Part shown: one piece after another, positions 37,869-50,432 of the stretch | How positions within the stretch are numbered: the first letter of the stretch is position 1 | How the letters are laid out: each line of letters begins with the position of its first letter | Assembly (NCBI GenBank): GCA_002269645.1 | Contig: NIVC01003081.1 | Span: 62,001 to 126,000 of the forward strand | Reading direction: 5' to 3' | Source: Macrostomum lignano | Taxonomy: Eukaryota | Length of the DNA stretch: 64,000 nt | The notes under the pieces: model-generated | The model's input: only the letters and a program-made list of their open reading frames with translations | The model's database searches: none | What the model was told of the DNA's origin: nothing | Translations under genes and position numbers: made by a program

Positions 37869-39430
37869 CTAAAAACCATTTTAGCAGCCGACTTCATAAG
37901 CTCGAAATTTCACATCCTCGAAACACTATACTAGCCTAACCCTAGCCAATCCTAACCCAAACCAAAGACTAAAAGTGAAGTCGGCTGCTAAAACTTTTGA
38001 GGATGTGAAATTTCGAGCTTTTGAAGTTGGCTGCTAAAATGGTTTTCGAGGATATGAAGATTTGAGCTTATGAAGTTGGCTGCTAAAATGGTCTTCGAGG
38101 TTGTGAATTTTCGAGCGTATGAAGTTTCGGATTTATGAAAGGATATGCTTTTCAAAGTTGTGAAATTTCGAGCTTGTGAAGCGACCCCAAATGCAGGAAG
38201 TAGTTTTCTTTGTATTTTTCAAACAATGGATTTTAAGATAAACAAAGCTGATGCAACAAACATAAAACGTGGGATTTTAGATAATACAACAGCAAAAAGG
38301 ACCACTTAAGTCACCAACAAAACAGCTAGCAAGTAAAAACGCAGAATGAAAAAAAACGCAGAAAAAAAATGCACAAACACAGATTTTTCAAAGAAAAAAC
38401 GCAGCTGCGTTAAAAACGCAGCCTGTAGCAACACTGACTGCTGCAGACAAAAACTGGTCTAACACTAATAGTGTGTTTCAAATTACTGGCTAATTCTAAG
38501 AATATGAAGTGACTTAAGATGTCTATAACACTAAATTTTGAAATTCACATCATATCCTTGCAAAAAATTATGGTGCGCTTTTTGCACCCTGAGTCAAATT
38601 TCAGGGTGCAATTTTTTAAGACCAGGATGATATTTGCACCCATTCACATAAAAAACCCAAGTCTAATAACAATATTACCAATAGAATAATGCCACATTTT
38701 GAAACATGGTAGCTATGTCAATAATAGGCCTATAAAAAGACTTATAGAAATGGTGGCCATGTCTCTAATAGTGAATAGTCTATATAAAGTCTATATAACT
38801 ATAGTATAGTGCTAATGGTTATATCATTAATACTAAATGATTTAATATTAAAAGACACAGTGGCTATGTCTTTGATATAGAATCCATTTTATACTAGAGA
38901 CAACAGTAGTCTTTTATTGCTAAAAATTAAAGCAATGGTAGGCTTATTGTATGTTTACATGGTGATAGTAGTAGATAGACCTATGCCTATATATATATGC
39001 TCTAACTCTAACATTATAGAGTATAGACACTATACTGCCACTGTTTTGTAAGTAGGCCTAATCAAATAAAAAAGGCCAAAAAAGATATAAGAAAAAGTCA
39101 ATCTAATAATCTAGAGCAGAGCAGAGGTCAGGTCCCAACCTTTTATAGGCAATAGGCCACATTGGCAATCCAGCTGGCTTGGGATATACAAACCATGTGT
39201 GAGTTGTATATTCACTTACTTCCATGGGTGGTAGGAGCTTGTGCCTTGTGACACCAGGGTCATATGCCCCTACCCAGAAAATGAGTCTATATGATTTAGT
39301 GCTTTTTCTGATTTTAGGCCCTAATTTGTAGCTTATAAAGGTACCTATACCCCTTTGCCTTGTGCCCGGTGTCTCTCTAAAATATTAGGCTCTGCTACCC
39401 TTGTTCATTTTCCTTACTCCCTGTGGCCTG

Positions 39431-39817
39431 TAGAGGTCGGACAGGATCCCGATCCTGAAATCTCAGGATCTCAAGGAAAATTGAATTCCCATAGGACTAG
39501 AATCCTGACCCTAAAAAACTTAAGATTCGGGAACAGGTCTTTTGATTAAAAATTTATAGAATTAGTGATTACTTGAAGGTATTTTGCTTTAACTTATACT
39601 TGTTACATTATTTACTTTGTTGGTTACAAAACTTCATATCAATTTCCTTGTGTTTTACTTCTTGATCTTGACAATCTTTTCTCAATTTTGTTTAACTTTA
39701 CATGGACAATACACTAAAATACCTGATCCCAATTCCTGAATCCCGATCCCGATCCCAAGAAAAAAATTATTCCTGATCCTGATCCTACCCAAAGATTTCA
39801 ATCCCGTCCGACCTCTA
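39431..39817. mobile_element. MITE nested in the Charlie-like element
   Basis: TIRs TAGAGGTCGGACAGGAT / ATCCCGTCCGACCTCTA with subterminal GATCCC/GATCCT repeats; TSD imperfect (GTGGCCTG vs GTGGCTTG, offset by 5 nt). Confidence 0.7.
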
Positions 39818-40039
39818 GACTAGTGGCTTGCCCCTTTTGCAACCTTTTAACCCCCAACCCCTACCTCCTTTGCCTTGAACCTTCTTGATATTAGTTAGCA
39901 TTCCTTCCTAATTTTCATTTCAACTCTTGTCTTAACTGCATATAGATTTGTATACTAGAAGTGGCTAAAATAGCAATCCAAATGAATTGAAACATCAGGG
40001 GCTATATTGAAATCTAGTGATAGACTTGGTGGGATTTTT

Positions 40040-40388
40040 TTTATTAGAGGCAGGGGGTTCTATGCATCTTTGCATACTTTAACTAAAAGCAACATAGGCA
40101 CATAACCAGCAAGAGGCATTAGGCTAGGCTACTGCCCATAATGCATGGATATATACGTAGGCACACATTCACACAGGAGTGTACATGTACAGCGGTCCTA
40201 ACTTTATATTATTGTTAGGCATGTACACTTCATTATGCCTTGGGGGGTTGGCTTTCAAGGCCATTAATTGCATGAGCAGAGCCAAGCCAAGATTCCAATT
40301 CAGCCCCAAATTATTGTAACTGCACTTAGAATTAAGCCTGGGTCGCTAGCACAACAGAGCAGCTGCGCTACCGCTGGGCTACGGCCCC
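40040..40388 (-). mobile_element. tRNA-derived SINE, family A, diverged copy 1
   Basis: Minus-strand head GGGGCCGTAGCCCAGCGGTAG (A box) with a degenerate B box; body aligns by eye with 50100-50432 and 60197-60432. Confidence 0.75.
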
Positions 40389-41380
40389 CTTGACTGCATG
40401 TAATGCAAACTACTGGAAGTTGCCACAGGCTGCACAAAAAGGGCTCACAGGCTGCATGCGGCCCAGAGGCCGCAGGTTGAGGGACCCATGATCTAGAGAT
40501 AGGCTACTTATGCATATAAAGGGCCTATAAGTATAGATTACAATATATATAGTCATTTAGTATAGGCCTAGTATAGATACGAGCCTGTATAGTGTATAGT
40601 ATAGGCCTAGTATAGTATAGGGCCTAGGGCTAGGCCTACATTAAATATTTTTAATAATTGCTAGCTAAGCTGTGTTCCGATCTGAATTATAGGCCTATAC
40701 TCATAATAAAAAACTAAGAAAGTATTTAAAGCAAAGGTAACTGAGTAATGACTATTCAACCATTGATCAGAGGAATTTTACATCAATTCAAAATTTTGGG
40801 TGCTTAACACACAAACATTACGAGTCACGACTCAGTCGATTTAGTTTTTGGTGTATTTTGAATGTTGCATCAGCATTTAAGGAAAAAAATAAAACAGAAA
40901 AATAGTAGTTATAGAATGCAAGCCATGGGTTTGGGCTTTATATTTTAAATTTATAATTTCATAGTCATTGTTTTTCCATTTAAACAAGCATATGATTGAC
41001 TTATTTGTTTAAATGTTTTGCGTCGAATTGGTCCTCGTACGGAGTCCAGATCCAGTGCCTGAAAGCGCGCGCAAATTTAACTAGGGCTTGACCATAATAG
41101 AGCTTAAATTCCCTAGATAGGCCACTTTGCATTGCGGCAGTAGGGAAAGTGCGACCGCTGTTTTTCGTCACTTGTGCGAAAAAAGCCGACATGGGTTGCT
41201 TACATTTTGAGTTCAGTAGCTTAGGGACATAGACGCTATTTTTTAGATTTGAGTAAAACTTCTCATGAATTAATTAAAAAGCTACTCAATTGAACTAAGA
41301 ATTATGAATTAACATGAATTCACTGCAGGGACTACTGACGAAATTGAGTTCAGTAGTTTATTTTCGCGCTGTCGCGAGAT

Positions 41381-42657
41381 TAGGGGTGTTCGGGTCGGCC
41401 ATTTTTTCGGGGTTCGGGGTTTACCCCGAACCCGGTACCCCTACCCCGAACCCCGAACCCCGTCCCGAACATTTCTTCCAACCCCGAACCCCGAACCCGG
41501 TACCAAAACCCGACCCGACCCCGAACGTAACCCCGAACATTTTCACGCTTATTTTGGTCAATCATTTTAATAAATTCAGTTTTCAGTTTTGAATTTCAGT
41601 TTCAAATTCAGTTTTATATATTGAGATGTGCCTTAACAGCTTCAACCACTTAGCCTTGTGGTTTTATTTCCCTTAGCTACTCTACAACTAGGAAAAGAAA
41701 AATGAAACACTTCTTGCAATGGGATTGGGGTTGAGATGGAAGGAATACCAAGACCCAAGATCTAATAGTAAGATACATGAAAGGTCACAACTAAAATCAG
41801 GACCATTTCGTACCTATACTTACAACGAAATTGCTTTCTTAGTAATATTACATCTATGAGTTTAGGCCTATTTAAGCTGCAAAAATAGAGTACAATAAAG
41901 TTAGATTATACCCTGTAGTGTAGATATCAGTAGAGATAGAACTAGAGCGATAAAGAGATAGCACAGATAAAACAATGATACAATGAAACAGGAGAGTTAA
42001 TCACAAATATATATTTATTTTTACTTTTGACTACAGTTAACAGTAAGTCAGTAGTGGTATAACAGAATTGCTTTGTAAAAACTAAAGTGACGTCTTTACA
42101 TAAAATTGTATGCTGATATGAGTAGGTAATCATTGTGATAATTGATTATTGGCGACTGATGCGTGGAGAATAATGGTGTATTTATAAATTTTAAGCTTCC
42201 TCATCCAATCCAGAATTTCAGACCATGTTACACGTAGCACATGTAAAATTATTACTGAACGTAATTTTTTAAATCATCAACTGCAAGACTGAATGGGTCG
42301 AAAAACGACAATCGTTATTTACCAGAAAGTGTAAATGAATCCATGGTTCTATCTGCTATTTCCGTTTCAAATTGTATGTAAAACATAACTTAAGTTGTAC
42401 CTGAAACTCAATGCATATCTTTCGCATTGTGGATTTTGCATAAGGAGTAAAAAGTGCTTGAAAAAAAAATTGAGAATGATAAATTGTTCAAAACCCCGAA
42501 AACCCCGAAACCCGGTGGCCAAACCCGACCCGAACCCCGAACCCGGTACCCCTACCCCGAACCCCGAACCCGACCCGGAACACCTACCCCGAACCCCGAA
42601 CCCGGTACCAAAACCCGACCCGAAACCCGACCCGACCCCGAACCCCGAACACCCCTA
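41381..42657. mobile_element. hAT-type MITE (1277 bp) with CCCCGAAC subterminal arrays
   Basis: TIRs TAGGGGTGTTCGG / CCGAACACCCCTA; identical 8-bp TSD CGCGAGAT at 41373-41380 and 42658-42665. Confidence 0.92.
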
Positions 42658-43989
42658 CGCGAGATGCAAAATTTTTTACATTAGCTTCTACATGTCTACA
42701 AGAGGTTAATGAGTGGCCTATCTTGTATATATATGATCTTTGGGTTTGACTCACTGTCGATCGAGGCTGTTGCCAGCTTTAGCGATGTCGAGGTCGATGC
42801 GTTAATTGATTAATAATGACTTAGCTCGTCATTTCATTGTTCAAAGAACAGAAGGAACAATAGGATCTATCTGGCCCATACATCATGAGAGTCGTGTCTT
42901 TTGATTTGAAATCTTACTTGATACATGTATATATATCTTTAATTTACTTTGCTACTGTTTTACATAACTATTCATTACTGATGAAAATGTTCTTGGAAAT
43001 ATCAAGTAACAGTGTATTAATACTATTAAGTTATTAAGCCGAGCGAAGGAAAGGGGAATTACGGAATAAAGAAACGAAAAGAAACGCGGCAGAAATTCTT
43101 GACCTGAGGGATCAACTCACATGATGGAGCGACTGACCGAGGGCCTGGTCTAATGACTATCCTGGAGAGCGGCTCACTTTAAACGGCAGCATTGGCTGCT
43201 CCACCACCGGCCGGTTGCATCTGTGCAACAACAACAACAGCAACAACAACAACGACAACAACAAAATAGGCGACCCTATTTTGTAAGCCCTCGGCCCGGA
43301 TCACGTAGCCCGTCAGTTGTAGTCGCCGCCACGGTGCAGGATGTGTGGACGGGCGCTGCAGCTCGTCAGCAACTGTACATTTGCAGATAAAAGTATACAT
43401 AAGAGCTTGATGTAGTAAATTAAGTATTGCTTTGGTTGCTATCCGAACCAAATTAAAAGGGAGGGGGTAAATCAATCGTATTTATTGAAAGAGACAATGA
43501 TTAACCTTGTGCTTGCCGTAGAATTAAATGCAATCCAAAGCACATGATCTACACGACATTTTCAAATCGACCCGCAATCGCATATGACAAGAAAATCGGC
43601 AAATTTTAGTTTTAATTGTGACGCAGCAACTGCCATAGTATTTTTATCAATTTTTGGTACCTGATATTAAACCCCATGCAAGCAGAGAAAACGCAGGGAC
43701 TACACTGAATACTAAATAAGAGTATAGTTTATTTGGTAAAACTTTTCAGCGCAGGTACTAAATTATAATTCGGTTGAATTGTTCACCAAACATGCATGTA
43801 ACAAACATACGAAGTCAAAAGTGTTGGCTTGGTCCTCCCCGAGAAAAATTTAGTAGGGAGCCCGAGCAACAGAAAATATTTTTTAGTTTGATCTTTTGTC
43901 ATTATATTGCTTTAAAAGAGCTTCAACTGTTAAAGTTCAAAATGCAGTTCTAATCATTATATTTCTTCATGTGCTATTGAAGTTCAGAA

Positions 43990-44478
43990 GCGGAGAGAGG
44001 AGAGAGGAGAGAGAGGAGCTGTGAGAGAAGAGTGAAAAGAGAAGAGAGGAGAGAGAAGAGGGGAGAGAGAAGAGGGGAAAAGGGAAGAGAGAAGAGAGGA
44101 GAGAGGAGAGAGAGGAGCTGTGAGAGGAGAGGGAAAAGAGAAGAGAGGAGAGAGAAGAGGGGAGAGAGAAGAGGGAAAAGGGAAGAGAGAAGAGAGGAGA
44201 GAGGAGAGAGAGGAGCTGTGAGAGGAGAGGGAAAAGAGAAGAGAGGAGAGAGAAGAGGGGAGAGAGAAGAGGGGAAAAGGGAAGAGAGAAGAGAGGAGAG
44301 AGGAGAGAGAGGAGCTGTGAGAGGAGAGGGAAAAGAGAAGAGAGAAAAGAGAAGAGAGAAGAGAGGAGAGAGGAGAGAAAATAAAGATAATAGAGGAGAG
44401 AGAGAGAGGAGAGAAGAGAGGAGAGAAAAGAGAGGATAGAAAAGAAGAGAGGAGAGAGAAAAGGGAAGAGGAGAGAGG
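43990..44478. repeat. Polypurine (GA-rich) degenerate minisatellite
   Basis: GAGAGGAGAGAAGAG-type units. Confidence 0.93.
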
Positions 44479-45029
44479 AGCAGCTCTATGGAGCTGGCGC
44501 GCGTACAACTTGCCTTCTGCTAAAATTGCTCAGTATATCCATCGAATAGACTTAATTATCTTGAGTATCTCTCAGCTTATTAAACATACTTGCATCATCA
44601 GCAGTTTCAGCGCTTCAGACAGCCACTAGACAATGTTTGTCCACTCGTCAATAGAGGCCCCGAAATCAATGAAAGTCCCATTGTCAACAATGGAACTCCT
44701 GCTGTTGTGTATTTCTGAGTTCATACAATTGCATTCCTACATGCATTCAATGATAGAGGAAGCCGAATCATCAGAAACCATTGGGAAGCCGGCGAATAGC
44801 CTGGTCAAGAAGAGTCTACTCTGTTTGTCAAGTGATATACTCGTGACAGTTTTTCTCCTCTGTCTTATGTTATACTCTCGTACTAAATGCGTAAGCTTCA
44901 TCTGTAGACAGCCAACATCAGGCTGAAGAGTGCTAGCTAGAAATCAAATAAGTGAAGAGTTGAAGAGTCTGTGAATATCTATAATATGCTGACAAACATA
45001 TCGATGCATCATGCTAGATTAGTTCCGCA

Positions 45030-46330
45030 ATGGCCGGGTGCATCTGTCTGCTGCTGGTCTTCTGCGGCGCAGTGACTGCCTGCCAGGATTGCACTGCCTT
45101 GTTTGAGCGACTGCACAGCAACTGTCCCAACGAACTATTTGAAGCCAAGTTTGCGGTTGCACCATGCGAACTTGAGTGCGTACTTCGTTGCACTCTGAAC
45201 AGTTCGTGTCTACTGTCTGTGTACAAGAAAGACAGCGCTGAATGCTACAGCCTTGCCGAAGAAATATCAACTGGCGAATGCACATCCGGTACGATTGTGA
45301 GGCGAAAGCTTGCTGCGGCACCAACGCCAGCTGCCCTATCTGTGCCGTTTGCTTCGAAAATTGTGCTGTTCTACAATTTCAAAAAAGGCTACCAAAACCT
45401 CGCCGATCCGGCTAGAAACCCGGCTGAGCCAGTCAACATCCTGGAGCAAAGTCCGACCAATGGACTTTTACTAAAGAACTCTACGAGCTCGTTTGTAAGA
45501 GTCTCAACGCCTGGATTCTATCGCTACTTCATCTACGGGCAGAAGTTCAGCTTCTTCTTTCAAGGAAAATTCGCAATGAGTTTCGTGTAGGTTTCGAAAA
45601 TTTTGTTTATAATGAACTTTACAATGGCCAATTATATAGTTAGAAGACGTGTTAAGGCCTGAAACGCATTGCAAAAGTCAAATGCATTGCCGGATATTTT
45701 TATGATTGTTAAAATGTTATAGTATGAATTTTTAAGTTACAGTTTGGAATTGCTTCATAGCCGTTTGCGATAAGTACCAAGAGAACTTGATTTAGATCAC
45801 TCTCGATTTACATGTATAGTATAAAGTCAGTTTGTGCGCGATTAAAACCTCTATGCGACGAATAGAGTTCCATTTAAAGATCGTATGTATTTAATTTCCA
45901 AAACTTCAGCGAAAAGTGCATCAGCTCATTCACCGACGGCAGCGTGAACGCCAGTCCAATCTATATCAGATCCGATGGGGCCCTGGTTGTTGACACGTAC
46001 TTTCCAAACGGAACCGTCCATCACAAGTCCTGGATAAGTGCCGTTCCACTTGTATCAAGTCCTACTCACCAGCTGGTCACCTTTGGAATCAACTTTGCTG
46101 GGAGTATATATGGTCAGGCCTACTTCAACGGAGGCTCCTTGAGCTCGATGGGCGGCGGAACCGGCTCTGGAGCTACGACTGTACTGCTGAACATGCACGA
46201 CATCCTGTTCATTGGCAACTGTTTGAGCGGAATGGAACCGTTCGACGGCTGGCTGCAGTGCTGGGCTCTGATGAACGACAATATTGATTACGCTGAGTTC
46301 GACCAACTGCGCAATCTTTGCAACTCTTAA
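45030..46330 (+). CDS. Secreted PAN/apple + LamG(concanavalin)-like protein, paralogue A, ~325 aa. Exons 45030-45586, 45910-46330
   Basis: Signal peptide MAGCICLLLVFCGAVTA; PAN-like ECVLRCTLNSSCLLSVYKKDSAECY; LamG-like end LFIGNCLSGMEPFDGWLQCWALMNDNIDYAEFDQLRNLC. Phase-2 GT-AG intron at the same position as in paralogue B. Domain names are by motif resemblance only. Confidence 0.82.
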
Positions 46331-47495
46331 AGTGAAAGCTCTGCATGCACGTCTCATTGGAAAACGTTTAAAAAAAGTTTTAAAACGTTTGAAAACATCA
46401 AGATACTCTCTGCATTTGACAAACAAAGTTCTCAGTACAAAATCTCCAGCGAACTTAAAGCGATTTCTTATTAGCCTAAAGTCGTTGAAGTTTAGCTGTT
46501 CAAAAAGAAGTAAAACCCAAAATGTGATTCAGTCAAATAAAAAACTCTTGTAATTTAATGTTCGTAAAGAGCATAAAAATCATTTTTTGTCGCTTTTAAT
46601 CTTGGATAATTTACATTTGCAGTGAGAGAGTTAGAGACAGTGTTATGTTTTCAGGTTACTTAAAGTCTTCAATTACTTAAGGCATTAATTATTAGTGCTG
46701 ATATCCTAGCAGACGTTTCCGCGGCTCCAAGGTTCTTAGTCTTGCTCTTATTTCTCTTTATTTCACATTCTCACAGCGGGCTTTTAACCCAAGCCTGTTT
46801 TGCAGCTTCATTTGGTCCATAGATAAAACAAAACGCGTCAAACTGCATATGCAATTAAAATAATATCAATATTATAGTCACGTCATATCAGACAGTACTA
46901 AAAATAAAAAAGTTTTAATAAACTACATGTTGGATTTGTTACTGTACAGTCGCTATTGTTAGTGTTCTAAGAAAAATGATGATTAAAACAAAAAATAATC
47001 AGCCCTGAAAGCAAGCTATCTATAGCCTATAAGATATCAGAATCCCCTGTGACCTTTGAACCCTAACTCTTCCTTTGATCTTCCTTTGGTTTCGCCTATA
47101 AGCAACTTCCAATTGACTCTTGGCATCTCAGCAATGCCCCACGAGTTCGACAGCTAGATACCAAATTCGCATTTGTCACTGATGAAAATATCATGCATCT
47201 TTTTTTCAGTTTCATATTACTGTGCAATCAGAGTAAGACTCCAAAGTTTGATGAACAAACTTCTCCAAACATTCTAACGTATGTTTAGATTGTTGAGACT
47301 GGCTAGAAACAATGAAAGAATTGATCCACTGACTCCTGGTTTGTTACTCCATCGCGACACTTCCGAGACGAAAATCTTCTTGCGGGAAGGACAACTTTGG
47401 CAAACGGCAAACACTGACTTCCTACCGGTTTGGTTTTGCTATCAATATATACATAGCAAAGAAGGCATCGAATTTGGTCAAATTCAAACGAAAAA

Positions 47496-48868
47496 ATGGC
47501 ATTCTACTTCTTGTCGGGTTGCTTCTGCAGTGCTTTGCTAATTGTCTGCTGCGGCGCTGCAGGCCCATGCATGGACTGCACCGCCGTGTACGATCTGGTG
47601 ACCAGCGATTGTCCCAACGTACCGACTAAAGCTGCGGCATCAGTGGCCGCTCCCAGTAAACCAGAGTGCGTGCTCCGCTGCACTCTGAGTAGCGATTGCC
47701 GACTATCCGTGTACCTGAGAGACAGCCACACCTGCTACAACCTGCCTGAATTGCCGTCAACGTCAATATCGACGAAATGCGCCTCGGGTATGATTGTCCG
47801 TTGCAAGAAAACTGGTTCAACGACTGTTCTGACAAGCCTAAGCTTTGCGTCGCAGATTGTGATGTTTTACGACTTCAGAAAGAGTTTTAATAACCTGGCT
47901 AGTCCATATATGCCAAAAGCCGAGCCGGTCAATATCCTGCATAAAAACTCGGTTGACGGTGTTCGCTTGGAAGACACAATCGGCTCCTATGTACAAGTGA
48001 AGACGCCTGGATTCTTTCGATACTTTTTCTACGGACAGAAGTTTAGCATCTTCTTTCATGGAAAATTTTCTTCCAACTCAGTGTTAGTAATGTTCGCTTT
48101 GTGTTAAAAGATTATTATGATTTTTTTTCTTATTGAAATTTATGTTTGGATATATCTACATTCCTTAGATATAGAGGGTTGGAACAAGCTAAAAATATTG
48201 AGACTTTTCAGCTCCTTTCAGCCTCAGCGGCCAATACAGATTAGTGCTGCTGCAGTTAGCACAGTTGATTTACTCGTACCATAGACAGTGTCAGTGGGCT
48301 TGAAACCAGTTTCGAAACTTGGCACTGAATCCATGGACTTTTGGCCATAGACTTTGGACGTTAGACTTTCTGGAGGAAACAGGCGTCGTCGCGATCACGC
48401 TTGAACCCACGAGCACGTTCCCATTTTTTCAGAGACAAGTGCATCAGCAGCTTTACCGACAACCGCACCGGAGCCTATGACAGCCGCATCTTTGCCAGAT
48501 CGGATGGAGTGCTGGAGGCCAAGATCTACTTCCCTAACGGTACGGTCGACTACGCATCTTGGTCGAGCGACAGTGTACTTCCACGCGACTCTGTGGAGCG
48601 TACGATCACTCTTGGCGTCAACTTTGAAGGCAACCGATTTGCCGGTCAGGCTTACTTCAATGGTACTGTGCTCAGCACCTCTGTGGACGGATACGGTAGT
48701 GGAGGCATGGGTAAACCCTTGCTAGACATCCATGACTACCTACTGCTGGGACGTTGCAAGAAGAATTTCACGAAACCTTTCAACGGTTGGCTGCGATGCT
48801 GGGGCTTTGCGACCGGTAACCTCGGCAACAGCCAGTTCGATCAGCTCAGAAGTCTCTGCAATGCTTAA
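47496..48868 (+). CDS. Secreted PAN/apple + LamG-like protein, paralogue B, ~340 aa. Exons 47496-48082, 48433-48868
   Basis: Signal peptide MAFYFLSGCFCSALLIVCCGAA. Shares ECVLRCTL, PGFxRYFxYGQKFS, KCISSFTD, RSDG, GQAYFNG, PFxGWLxCW and FDQLRxLC with paralogue A. Donor GT|gttagt, acceptor ttttcag|A, phase 2. Confidence 0.82.
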
Positions 48869-50099
48869 TTGTAGCATCCAAAGACGGATTACAAGTTGAA
48901 ATGAGCAATATAGTTTGTTCAGCTACAATACTTTTGTCAGTAGTATGCATGCAGCTTCTGAGAATTTTGAAGCGTTAAATTCCTGGCTGCTAGTTATCTT
49001 GGCACAAGGTAAATAGATGCATGACAGAACTACTTCGATTACATTTTTAGCATAGCAACAACGCAAATAAAGCGAATAAGCTTCTGCTTTTCACCGGGGC
49101 AAATGTGGAGAACTCAGCCGCAAAAGTTCTCACGCTTGAGTAAACGAGCTACATGCATAAGCCTATTTTTATTATGTATAACTTTTAATACAATAATTAT
49201 TTGTGGCATTCACATTTCTCAGGTTTGCAACCGTGAGACTATTGTATAACCGAGGACAGAAGCACTTTTAATAGGAACTCTTTTGATAACCAACAATTCA
49301 TTACACACTATACAAACGTTAAAGCTTCTCAAAGCTTGTCAAAAAGCCATAAATGTGTTTTACTACCATGATTAGATCAAATTAATAATAAATAAGCAAG
49401 GACCACTGCACTAAATAAGTTGACCGTTTCGACCGGAAAAAAAAAACTGTTTTTGTCGTGCTCAACTTCCAAACGCGGGCGTGAAGTTTAGTCTTGCACG
49501 GATGCAGGACTACCAGTTACATGACCCCAGCTCAGGATGTTGGTGTAAAATATCCTCCTAATTAAATTTTCGAGCACTTAACTTATCGATGTACCTGATC
49601 CTCAGATGGTCTACTCAACGAGACATTCCATAAATGTACTGGTATACCGGTTTAGACTACTGCTGATTGAGTAGTTCTCATTTACTGTGGGAAGGAAAAG
49701 GCAGGGCAATGTTGAGAAGCAACCAGTGCAAGTCAAGTTCTCTGGAGTATAAAAAATAGTGTAAAGAAATCGCGATTCAGATGAAGACTGCGGTTTAGCC
49801 AGGTCTCTTTTGGAGTAAACAAGCATGATCGACCCTGAGTGACCCTGCAAGGCAGCTCAGAAGAGGCTTGAATAGAAGGATGGAAGCAAGTCATATGAGA
49901 TAAGGGCTGCCCCCTACTTCTCAGCGCCTCAAGTAACACAACCCGCATGCATAATTAACAATGGACTGCACAGGTTGAGAGTCTTCAGCCTTGATCGATA
50001 GATTAAAGGATGAGGCTATGAGTTGATTGTTCATTGCTATTTCGCATCGTCGGTGCAAATGTACTTAGCTAAAGTGTTTGTTAGACTCTAATTCGCAGC

Positions 50100-50432
50100 T
50101 GTAGCACATAGTACGTAGCTGTCGTAAACCCGTTAAACTTTTTATTAGAGGCAGGGGGCTGCGTGTACCTTGGCGCACTTTAAGCGACATTGTCACACAA
50201 CCGGTGAGAAGCATTGCTGCCCATTCCACCGACTTCCCTGAGCAGGCACACACTCACACAGGAGTGTACTGCGGCCCTAACTTTATTTATCGTTAGGCAT
50301 GTCAGGCATCTTTAGGCAGACCGAGAGCCGAGATTCCAATTGAGCCCAAAATCAATGCGACTGCACAGTTGGAATCGAGCCTGGGCCGCTGGCACATCAG
50401 AGCGCCGCGCCAGACCGCTGGGCTACGACCAA
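50100..50432 (-). mobile_element. tRNA-derived SINE, family A, copy 2 (best preserved)
   Basis: A box TAGCCCAGCGG and B box GGCTCGATTCC on the minus strand; 3' region contains GCCTCTAATAAAAAG. Confidence 0.85.

Larger units (their letters stand above)
35682..38436. mobile_element. Non-autonomous hAT-superfamily DNA transposon (2755 bp)
   Basis: Perfect 16-bp TIRs CAGTGTTGCTACAGGC (35682-35697) / GCCTGTAGCAACACTG (38421-38436); identical 8-bp TSD ACTGCTGC at 35674-35681 and 38437-38444; subterminal AAAAACGCAG repeats at both ends. Confidence 0.92.
39117..40490. mobile_element. Degenerate hAT (Charlie-like) non-autonomous element
   Basis: TSD ATCTAGAG at 39109-39116 and 40491-40498 (NTCTAGAN target preference). 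Left end CAGAGG...TCCCAACCTTTT...GGCCACA; right end GCATGCGGCCCAGAGGCCGCAGGTTGAGGGACCCATG. Confidence 0.7.
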
